From Haliotis rubra (lineage: Eukaryota): a DNA stretch of 64,000 nt. The number at the start of each line of letters is the position of its first letter. The stretch's first letter is position 1. Below the pieces are notes generated by a model. That model saw only the letters and a list, made by a program, of their open reading frames with translations. It was not told where the DNA came from and searched no databases. Position numbers and translations under genes: made by a program. This document shows, one piece after another, positions 1-11,500 of this stretch. Location of the stretch: NCBI RefSeq assembly GCF_003918875.1, contig NW_025766984.1, forward strand, positions 1,054,001 through 1,118,000. The letters run 5' to 3'.

Positions 1-1296
1 TGTCTAACCTCGACACGGAGGCAGAGGATGATAGAGAGTCAAGGAAAAGAAGGTACCAAAATACATTTGAGTGAATATGGTTAGAAGCGTGAATATAAAC
101 ATTTAACAATTGTTTAAATAGATATGATTTGTCATCACAAAATTACAAGATGATTATTACAAAACTAAATAATTGATAATGATTTAGTGTAAAGGCTTCA
201 ATTTGAGCTCTTTGAATTGTTTGCATTTCTAAATACATGGAATACATTCGAACTTATTTTTGATTTCAGACCAACTGGCAGGTACTTGAGTTCGAGCTCC
301 AGCTCAAGTGATGAGGAAACACAAGTGACAAAGACCAAGGAGTCACGAGCGTCAAAGTCCTCTGTGCCCATGCCACCTTCTCCACCTCGCCTTAGAGTTT
401 CTCCCCAGCCGCCTTCTCCTCCTCGCCTTCTAGTCTCTCTACCTGTGGCACCGTCTCCACCCCTACCTACACTGTCGGTCCCGACCAGCCCACGGCGATC
501 CCCCAGGCGACGGATCTTACCCGAGCCTTCTCCATTGCTGTACCGACAGGATGTATGGAGGCCCAGTCATCTCACCCAGAAATGATGGCACAAGTTCAAC
601 AGTGGGGGCAACTAGAGGTGTGTATGATAATAATGGTTAAACATTTATGCTTTATATTATGCTTTATCAACTTGATAATGGTAAACATTTGTGCTCAACA
701 GTACTGATGAAAAACTATTTCCACAACCTGCACAATTGTTAATTGTTTATTTTGTATCTATTTTCAAAACTACCAGGGGAAGTTGTTGAACTTGTAAAGA
801 TCGTGGAGTCAACTCGAGCAGTGGCTCTTGAAAACCAGAAGCTGCTTCACCAGGTTCTGAGGATTCTGCAGTCTGGCTCCACGGACTTGACACCAGCTGA
901 GGAGTTGCATCTCCCCCTCAAAACCATCGAGGAACTGAGGGAAACTAACACTTCTCTGGAGGATTCCTCCAGATTGAGATCAGCGGTAAATATTAATTTT
1001 GTTTTAGATCAGTTTGATTCCTTTCACTACTTGAGTTATTCAAACAATTGTTACAATCCAAGTCCAATTAATAGTGATTGTTGTACGGAATATTACTCTT
1101 ACATGGCCATAGTATATAGTTATAAACGCTAGGGAAGTTAATTGTTGAAAAATTTACAATCCAACAGGTTGGGCAACTTGGAGTGGCAGGAGGCGTGTCA
1201 ACAGGAGACACAATCCGCAGAGTCTTGACAATGCTCATGACAAACTCGGTCGCCAAGCAGGTGAACTGGAAGGGGACATCAGGAAAAGAACCCTAA
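1..1296 (+). pseudogene. Partial spliced gene for a DUF4806-like protein of the kind associated with animal transposons; disrupted
   Basis: GT-AG exons at <1-52, 270-617, 777-985 and 1168-1296. Ser/Pro-rich linker, then LPLKTIEEL...R-SA|VGQLGVAGGVSTGDTIRRVLTMLMTNSVAKQVNWKG, resembling DUF4806 (recognised by eye). The frame is inconsistent within exon 270-617 and the reading stops at 1294-1296. Confidence 0.45.
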
Positions 1297-1628
1297 AAAG
1301 AATTTCCTCATACCATATAAAAACAATATACGATTGCAAAAATCTAGATTTATTATTTTTAAAATTATTGTCCAAACAGTCTATTACGTAACAACCAAGT
1401 TCAGGGGCCACACCAAAAAACAAACAATCAAACAAAAACAAACCGAAAAAAACACTCATCAGTAAAAAAAGGCTACACAGAGTGCAAGCTGAGTATTGGT
1501 TGTCTAACATGGGAGAAAATCAGAAATATAGGTGTGGTCTTGACACACGAAGCCCATTTTAGCATTCGTATATCTTTTACAAAAAACAAACAAACAAGAA
1601 AAACCAGGGCGGGAAAAAGAAAAATCTC

Positions 1629-1900
1629 ATGGCAGATGAATGCTATCAGCGCAGACCGTTAAGCGACCACAACAGAAGTAGGGGCATTGCATGGTTACAG
1701 AATGGTGAATCCATAAGAAGTGTTGCTCACCGTCTTCATTCAGGTGTCTCCCTCTGTCATTCACAGACTGAGGGACAGGTTCCAGGCCACTGGTAGAGTA
1801 CAGGACAGACCTCGCTCTGGAAGACCCAGAAAAATATCAAGGGCAGATGACCGATATGTTGTGCTCCAAGCCCTTCGGAACCGATTCACAACTGTCAGTG
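1629..1900 (+). mobile_element. Tc1/mariner transposase N-terminal (paired-like HTH) fragment
   Basis: RGIAWLQNGESIRSVAHRL / VSPSVIHRLRDRFQATGRVQDRPRSGRPRKISRADDR includes the GRPR linker typical of Tc1. Frameshift near 1740; no DDE domain. Confidence 0.75.
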
Positions 1901-2135
1901 CCCACTTGCCACAAGCTGCATGGAAAGTCTGTCTTCCACAAACTCGCGACGACGTCATCAATGAAATGTGAAACGTTTCAGGATTCGCATGGCGTGTATG
2001 GAGTTTTGTGAAAGTAGTTTCGTGGATTGACGTAATGCATTTGCATATGGTTATCAGATTTGGATAACAAGTTTATCAGATTGCTTTATTGCACTGATAA
2101 CACCCTCCATTAGATGATATGTATTACGATCAGGC

Positions 2136-2301
2136 CACAGGGGCGTGTCACGCTTAGAAACAGCGTTAGAAAGACATATAGGTATATAGACCCTACCCTA
2201 GTACTAGGGTAAGGTCTATATACCAATATGTCTTACTAGGGTAGGGTCTATATACCTATATGTCTTTCTAACGCTGTTTCTAAGCGTGAAACGCCCCTGT
2301 G
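2136..2301. mobile_element. Fold-back MITE with CACAGGGG...CCCCTGTG termini (P-like)
   Basis: Near-perfect inverted arms of about 68 nt; flanks gatcaggc/gaccaggc (8-bp TSD, 7/8 match). Confidence 0.75.
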
Positions 2302-4002
2302 GACCAGGCAACATGCGAATCCCATCAGCAAGCGTGATTCAGGTCCTTAAACTTCTCACACATCTGTTTTTTCGTGTATAGTACATATACGTCATGAGTC
2401 ATACATATAGTTTGTGGAATTCCGTTATTGAAGAAACATCAAGATGAGGCAGCATAAATAGCTGATAAGCACCAAAACAATGGAAAGTTGTACGAACATG
2501 TCCTCAAAGTCAAGGGAGGCCAGGTAGCTTCGGTGTCTAACATCATTAGTTTTTCGAATCTCTGTTGGAGCAATAAAACATATTGTAATTTAACGAACTG
2601 GCACTTGTTTGGAAGATATTGTGATCAGCGATCCAATCCATCTGGGTTGGTGCAGAATCTATGCCAACACGGTTTGGTTTGGGTTGTTTATAACCTCAGT
2701 CAGCAAAATTCCAGCTATGTGGCAGTATGTCAAGACGGAATCCATGTGTGTGCATGTGCATGCGTGCGTCTAGGCACCATAAAGGTGAGCTATCGTTTTA
2801 CTATTTATTCTCTAATTTATCATGTCAGTAACTCATTTATGGATGTAACGAACCATATTATTACTGATATAACACATTCGATTTAAAGAATTCAATAAAT
2901 TCACTTATTCGATCTTCAGATGGCAATACCCGTGGTACATGAATTTAGTAAGTAATTTAGTACATTAGTAATGTAAAGGAGGTATGATACAGCAATATTA
3001 GAACTATTGTCTATTTATGGATTTCAATAACTCATCTAACTATACTAAGCAGCATAAGAAATGTCAGTTTGGAATTTTCCTTTGCAGAAACGGATAACTG
3101 TAAACTCATTTAATGTTTTGATTGTATATTTTTGACAATATCTCCAACTTTACCTGAGCAAAGATTCCTTCCTAAACTCAGAATGGAACCCAAGAAAAGG
3201 TCTCAAAAACGCAACCTGATCTCGGAGATGGTACGGTGTTCTCCATGTTTTTCATGCAACTCAGTGAAATGACTAAGAGGATCAGCCATTTCGCTATTGG
3301 CTATATAAATAGGTTTGGACGTTTCCATCAAGTTTGATGTAAATGTGCTTGATAACGATATTAATGTTCGTGATACACGAAACAAATTGCCAAAACGCAT
3401 TTTGTGGCCCCGACTCTCAGAAACACGAAACACATGTCTTAGTCGGATACATGGGAAAGATCGTGCGAAAATTCAGTATAAATGGCCTGTCCACCACTTC
3501 AATATCACTGCACATAAAGTCACCCAGAGAGAATGCCAAGGTTAACCAAGGAAGAAAGAGAACAAGCAGTAGGGATAGTTGAATGGCTGACCCTCTGAGT
3601 TATTTCACGAAATGACTGAAATTTTTAGTCATTTCACAATCTGACTGTAACATATAGACAGACAATCGACTGACTGACACCAAGCTGTGATACGATAACT
3701 TGCACAAACCAAGTCAGCGAGCCTGACCACCGATTCAGTTTGTCTCCTCTTACAAACAAAGGTTGCTGAAGATCCGTTCTAACCCGGATCATGATGTCAG
3801 GTATACGGGAATCCATTACTTTCATAAACCAAAGTGAATTATTGAGAAAAGTGTTAGATGTCAGAATACATTTAATATGTTATACCGTTTTATTGATATT
3901 TTGAATTTACGACATTAGTTAATGTGTTAATCGATTTCTAAAAATACATTAAATTTATAAATAGGTGGGGAGGGGAGGGGGAGAGAGACTACAAAAAGCA
4001 TT

Positions 4003-4203
4003 ATTTCAGCTATATGACGGCGGTCTGCAGATAATTGAGTCTAGACCAAACAACCCAGTGACTGACATCATGAACATCGATCTACGCTATTGGGAACCGA
4101 TGACATGTCAACCAAGTCAGCGAGCCTGACCACCCAATACCGTTAGTCGCCTCTGACGACAAGCATGGGTTACTGAAGATCAATATTCTAACCCGGATCT
4201 TGA
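4003..4203 (-). mobile_element. SINE family B copy (partial)
   Basis: Matches the full copy at 13058-13307 (cttgtcgtaagaggcgactaac core). Another fragment lies at about 3650-3792. Confidence 0.75.
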
Positions 4204-4986
4204 ATATACTTCGCAAATCAGTTTCCTTAATATATTAAGATGACGTTGCTCGGTATACAATTGACGAAACACATAAACAGATGTTTGTCACGAATGAAAG
4301 AATCCAAGAAACTCATATGTATATATTTTAATGTCAGTGGAAACAATGTGTCATGGTTATTAGTTCGTGGCGTAAACCATGTATATACTGCCCTCGGATA
4401 GTTCATACATTTCATTGTCGTGAGTGTTGAACTGTGTCATGACTTTCAGAATACGATATTACCCACGTCTGAGACGTTTTCTAACTACAAATGTTATTCT
4501 TCAAATTTACAGTTGCGAAAAGTATATGCTGACTTTCATTACCTCAGTGTAAACAGCTCGCCTACAAGCTGAGGATAGATACAAACTTACAACATATTAA
4601 TAAAAGCGACGCTGCCTAACAACTGTAGCAATGTTTTAAAAGGACAAAAGTGAACGAGTGAGGATGTAAAATATATATACAATTAAAACGATCATATCTG
4701 CTGTTATGAGGTAGTGTTATACGTTGTGCAAATGTTTCATCTGTTACCTGTAGAGTTAGTGATGGGAAGTGATGTATTATAGTAAGACATGTACTATATT
4801 TAGACTGAGTGCTGGAATGTACTAGAACCCTTCTCTGATGCAGAAAACATAATGACTTGTGGCAGAATTTTCTAGCAACTTATTTTTGTGTATATATGAG
4901 GAGCTAGCTATTGCCTCTGATCTCACATTACATCACAAGTCAAGACCACATTCATTGTGTGTGATGATCATATCGTTGCATAAATA

Positions 4987-5217
4987 TACCATTCAAAAAG
5001 TAGGGGGTATTGGATTTACGAGATTGATAAAATGCGAATGATGAAGCCAAGGAGGAAAGAGATGATGAAGAGAAATTAAGGGAAAATGTGCCAATTTATT
5101 CTATTCCTTTGGAAATATTTTATCTGCATGGATATATATTTCTTTTTCTCATGTGCATTGGCATTGGCTAGTGGTATGCTCGCAAAATGGAATATCCCCT
5201 ACTTTTTTTTAATGGTA
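4987..5217. mobile_element. MITE with about 30-bp TIRs
   Basis: taccatt..aaaaagtagggg.tatt at both ends in inverted orientation; second copy, reversed, at 61838-62066. Confidence 0.75.
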
Positions 5218-5509
5218 TAGTTGCAAGTTGGGTTACTATTGCTGATAGGTGAATCCTTATTGCTATATCACTGCTCTTGTATCATACTGCCAATGAATCT
5301 GTTCTCCCACGCAATTTTGTACTGCTAAAGTTATACCTTTGTACTGACTTGTGAACTTAGTTAATTTTAGAATACAATTGTTAATTACAGCACATTTCTT
5401 TGATGTCAGTTGGTTTCACACTTAGTTCTCTTATGGACTGATTCCCGGTTAACTTTTTAGTTTCAACTCGGGAATCAACAACTAACACTGTACCTGTGTT
5501 AATATGGTC

Positions 5510-8500
5510 TTAGAGCCACCATGTCCACGCACCTTCGTGAAGTTGGGGGTTGGCCTTAGGATCAGAGGGCTTGTTGGCGGGAGGGACCATGGTTTTCCTG
5601 TACTCTTCAAGTCTGGCCAGTAACGACTGAACCTGGTCTGGGTTTGTGGAAGCTATGTTGTGGAATTCGCACGGGTCGCTGGGAATGTGAAACAAACATG
5701 GCGACACTTCCGGTTGACAGTTAGTCTCGGCATCCACGGGTTTCTTGCCGCAATTGACGTTCACTGGATGGTCGTTTGTATTGAACTCTTTCACGAATTC
5801 ACTTCCAGAGGGATGTTTCATCTTGTAGTCCTTTCCTTCTGGCGGCGGGTACCAAGAATCATCTCGGCCTCCTGAGATATCTCCCATAACAAGTTTATAC
5901 TCCCCAACTCTAATAGATGAAAAGTTCTGTATGGGATCAATGTTATGTAATATTTCGTTTCTAACAGCGGCGCCATTGTTCGACAACATTTCCCACAGAT
6001 TGTAACCATCTTGGTTCCTGAGCTTGCTGACGTCACCTCCGGCCGCGTGGTAGAGTGTGGGCAGCCAATCAGTGATATGCATCATGTTCTCCTGGACGTA
6101 CCCGGATGTAGAGAGTAGAGGGCTGTAGACGAAGCCATTTCCCCGTACTCCTCCTTCCCACATCGTGTTCTTGCAGCCCCTGGGGAAATACACAGGAATA
6201 TATAACAGAGTATTGGTATAGGTTACACCACGATGATTTGATGTTTCATCATTGAAACCAGTTGAACGATTAAACATCGGAATCCTAAAGCTCAAACATG
6301 TTTACACCATGAATGCAACATGCCATTTTCAGAAAAACTTTTAGTGGTCAAATGTAAATGTTATGTTTCGGATTACATTTTCTCAGTTAAGTGTAAAATC
6401 TTGTAAAATCTTGGTGGAGTTGCATCTGGGATTCGAACCCATACTCTCGGAGTGAGACACCACATCGCCAGCACACAAAGTCAGCGCAGTCTGCCTGTCT
6501 GTCTGTTATATGCTACTTTCCATTCCCTTATATCAGCAGTCGCATGCTCACATGGCACCATTGTCATTGAAGATGTGTCTCGCAACAAAACACCTTATCA
6601 TGACCGGTCAAAAATGAATTCGACCGGATACAATGAAGTAGGGAAGTGTAACACACCTAAGAGGCCAGTTGCATGCCGCATTGTTGTCGTAGCCATTGGT
6701 GGGTCCACCGTTGTCGGTCGTGAGGACGATGATGGAGTTGTTCAGCATCCCCGTCTGCTGCAACGTCGCCGTCACGTTAGCAACAGCTTCATCAAGAGCC
6801 GACACCACCCCTGAAGCAACCAGTTAGCAACCATGTGTAGATATTCTACAATCACTGGTATCAAAGTCAACAATGGCCATGAAAGGAAACTTTTTCATTG
6901 AATTTGGAGAAGGCCCAGTAGAGTTGCGCCGTCAGGTTATGAGGATAACAAGACGAGAAATCTGAAGTTGGTGAATTTAATATGATAAAATTCTTAAATA
7001 ACGCGTTCGTTGCTACATATATATTCGTATTGTTTTTTTCGGACACTTGAGAAACAATTGTTCTTATCATTCTTATCATTATAAAACATCCCATTTACTT
7101 GTAAAATCGATGGTTTTATCCTAAACACAAAGCATTTTTCAAGAATTGACAATGCTTGTGTCACAAAACTCCACTCCACTGCCGTCCGAAAACCTACAAT
7201 CCAACGATAGGTGAAGACTTAACAGTACTGAAGTGTTGACCTTTAACCCACTTTGTCACACTTGTTGCCAAAAACATCAGCACTCCACACCTGTTTTTAA
7301 CTGTTTGAGGTACAACAAAAGGGAGCGTTTACCAGCAAAGAGTTTCCTCTGTGTATCCTTAATATCTGGGAATCTGTCAACATATTTCTGTGGTGCTTGA
7401 ATGGAATCGCCACCGGGATTCCCAGCATGCACTGCTTGAAAGGCCAGATACAGGAAAAGTGGCTGCGCATACAACAGACATTGAGTATTAGACTGGTATA
7501 CATGCTAAGTGTTTTTATGATGTTTATCAAGGTGTCCTCCCACCAGAACTACATCCCATCAGAACTACAGCTTAAAACAACACATGTTACGGTCCAGTGC
7601 ACAGATTAACTACATGCTGTCACCTGCGTCTGCTTAATGGATTTGCCCAACAGAAAACAAATAAAACATATATAACATTTTAGCTGCTGCAGTTCATGTT
7701 GGTTTTGATAGAATATAGTTTGCCTTCAACAAATGTAAATTTGCAGTCTTCAGTTATGATTGAACAAGTTCCACATCGAGGTGTTTGACAATTTGTTACA
7801 CTGACTTATAAACCTTTTTTCATAGTATCACTTTTATACAAAATTGGAAGATTCGCTTTTATAATGGGCATAATTGTACAGTTATAGGATTGTAGGTACA
7901 AACAAATGGAAGAATGTCCATCTCTGTATTTGTTTCTTGTTTTCATAAGTGTCTATCTTGGGACTTTTACAGCTTTATGAACAGCATTTTCAACTGTCTA
8001 AGAAGACATGTCTTATATATCTATTACATATTACCTATTGTCACTAACTTTAACGTCATACGCATGATGACGACATAGCTACTACCTTTTTGCGTCGCCT
8101 ATGACGACACTTAGTTTTCATTGAACAGATGAAGAGCCGTTGAACGGCGAAAGATTTTGTGCAGATAAAGTTTTATATATAGATGTATCGATAGTTCATC
8201 TGTAGATAGGCTTATATATTTAGTGTGATAATTTAATGTCAATTTCATCCTCAGTGTTCAATCTGATCCATGTAGAACTTGTTTAGCCCAGCTTCAATAA
8301 GTAGTCAACTGCATCGAGGTCCTGGATTGCAGTCTATAACAATACTATTTTGACTTAAAACTCATTCGTTTGTATTTCACCTTTACTCCAATATACCTTT
8401 ACCTTTACTCCAGTATACCTTTACTTTTACTCCAATATACTAATCTTGGCTTGGTTTTTTCTCTCAAACATTCACTAACTACAGCATACCCTTCTCTCTT

Positions 8501-11500
8501 GTCCTTTACTTTCTGGTTATTAGATTACCTTTACAACAACATAATTACTGGTCAATAGGATTTTAAGCATTAAGTTCTTCTGGGAGAGCTGATGGGCTGT
8601 GCTCATTACATGCCATGGGGGTGCCTCTACTCAGATAATTAATCCCTAATTAATCCCTATAGTTAATTTGGGATGTAGTTCAAATGGGATGTAGTTGGGA
8701 GTATGGGAGTAAACCTTTATCAACCACCAAGCCAAGCTTTGTCCTGGACTGTCCTCTTCTATGTGACAGACAGGAAATAACAACAGACTGGTATACATGG
8801 TATGCGTGAACACCCGGTGTTACACTGCCATTGTTCAAATTCATTGTAAGCCGCATTGCACTGTACATACATGAAGTAAAATTAATTTTGAAAAATATCT
8901 ATAACGTATTATTTTTAGTGTTTTCTTGTCGTTTTCCCCCTATATTGAGGCATTACCACGTATTACGCTTATTATATTCAAGCTAACATAGTCTCCATTA
9001 AATCCGTCCCCACCTTTGACTGGTTATGAGCTTTTATGACGTCACTGGCCTCTGACGCAAATAGTGTTGTCGAATATTCCTCATCATCATTACGCACCAA
9101 GTCAAGGTTCCGGCGGAAGTCCAGCCCCCACATGTTCTGAAACACAACCCCAGCGACACACACAATTCAGACCTAACGATAATTTTGTCCACCACAGGTG
9201 ACGCTTTATCCGTTATTTGAAACAAGTGAAGTGAGTGTGTGAGTTTAGTTTTACGCCGCACACGTGTGAAGAGTAACTCAGTTGTCTCAATATAACTGTA
9301 TACCACCCGATCCGGTTAGTCGCTTCTTACGACAAGAATGGGTTCTGAAGATCAATTCTAACCTGGATCTTCACGGGTTGAAACAAGTGAAAACTAAGAG
9401 CAATCGCAGCATGACATAGAATGTAAGCATTCCATATATTATATCATAAGAGCGTACTTCTTGCTATAGAAAATGTATACAAAAGCCCTGGGAGATTTAG
9501 CGTGAGTGAGTGAGTAAGGTTTTACGCTGCTTTTAGCAATATTCCAGCAATATCAAGGCGGGGAATACCAGAAATGGGCTTCACACATTGTACCCAGGTG
9601 GGGAATCGAACCCGGGTCTTCGTTGTGATGAGCCAACGCTTTAACCACTAGGCTACCCAAAAGCAAGTGAATGTCGTTTAACGCTGCAGTCTACTGCTTT
9701 CGGCTTATAGCGGGGATCTATAAATGATTAAGTACTTTCAAATAATGGACCAGACAAACCAGTGATTGAAATCATGAGCAACGTTCAACACAGTAGGTAC
9801 ACCAATGACACCAATCAGCCAATTACAGAGACATATTGTTAATTAGCACTGCCGTATATTACACAGGAGCAGTAAGTTGATATAATATATACATACCGGT
9901 CCCTTGCTTGTGTGGTCGAAGTAGTCTTCCTTCCCCGTGTAGTAGCCGAAGTGGGATTCGAACCCGCGCATAGTTGGAACGTGGTTCTTGGTGAAGAAGC
10001 CCAAGTGCCACTGCAACATGCATTGTAGAGTATTGGTTAGACTGTATCTACACAGGGAATACATTATTACAGTTTGGTGAAATTCAAGTGGACACTATGT
10101 TGTTGTTTAATGCTGCACACATTTACTGCTTAATGACGGACGTCCTGTAAATTAATGTGTCTAGACCAATGACAGACGGAGAGCATCGATCTAGGTACCA
10201 GATCGTCCAAGTCTGTGATCTGAACCTTCAGTTGCCTGTTTCGACAATAACCCGAATAATTACAGTTCTCTGTACATTCGACTTTACGTCACTGAAACAC
10301 AAATCATTTAACGATCAGATATGAGCAACGGAATGAATACTGAAAATAGAATAGCTAGCTTCAGTAAAATAATGTACAAATCCTCAAAATTAAATTGATT
10401 TTGGAAATCCTCAAACTTAAATTAAAACATATACATTTGACTGACCTTGCTCTTACTGACAATAATATTTGCCCTGACAGTACCAACTGATGCGGACACT
10501 GCCATTGTGTCAGTCAGTGTTTAGCTCACCTTACCAACGATGTGCGAAGCGTACCCCAGGTCATTGAGGTACTGCGGCATGATGGTCTCGTTCAGAGACA
10601 GACCATACGGAGTAGCCTCCCCTATTACCCCGTGCTGTAGACCTGCGGACACAGAACATATTAAGAGTAACGCTACCGTCTCAGTATAACTGTGTACAGG
10701 ACGTAAGGGGTGATATTAAGCACAAGAGATCGTATTGGAGAGGGGCGGTGGGGTAACCTAATGGTTAAAGCGTTGGCTCGTCACGCCGAAGACCCGGGTT
10801 CGAATCCCCACATTGGCACAATGTGTGAAGCCCATTTCTGGTGTCCCCCGCCGTGATGTTGCTGGAATATTGCTAAAAGCGGCGTAAAAACCAAACTCAG
10901 TCAGTCAGGCAGTATTGGAGACTCGTCGACATTAGGTTGAAGGATTTGGTTTTGTTTGGTTTGGTTGATGTATTCCAGTGAGTGAGTGAATTTAGTTTTA
11001 CGCCGCACTCAGCACTATTCCAGCTATATGGCGGCGGTCTGTAAACAATCGAGTCTGGACCAGACAATCCAGTGATCAACAGCATGAGCATCGATCTGCG
11101 CAATTGGGAACCGATGACATGTGTCAACCAAGTCAGCGAGCCTGACCACCCCATCCCGTTAGTCGCCCTTACGATAAGCATGGGTTACTGAAGATCAATA
11201 TTCTAACCCGGACCTTCACGGGGACCGCAGTATTCCAGCTCAATGGCGGCGGTCTGTAGGTAATCGAGTCTGGACCAGACAAGCCAGTGATCAACAGCAT
11301 GAGCATCGAACTACGCAATTGGGATACGATGACCAAGTCAGCGAGCCGGACCACCCTATCCCGTTAGTCGCCTCTTACAAGCATGGGTTACTGAAGATCA
11401 TTTCTAACCCGGATCTCCACGGATGATTGATGCGGCGTAAAATATGTATGGCTCAATCACGTCCTGTGGAACACAGCTCATGATCAGTGTGCCGAGCCAA

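Noticed and set aside
5510-6295. Upstream starts of the last-exon ORFs in the ORF track as standalone genes (also 24441, 36063, 42697)
   Set aside because: The N-terminal parts are intron sequence upstream of the exon-8 acceptor.
10742-10815. tRNA genes at the GGGGCGGTGGGGTAGCCTAGTGG...GGTTCGA motifs
   Set aside because: They continue into a shared body and tail and have TSDs, so they are SINE heads; the acceptor stems do not pair properly.
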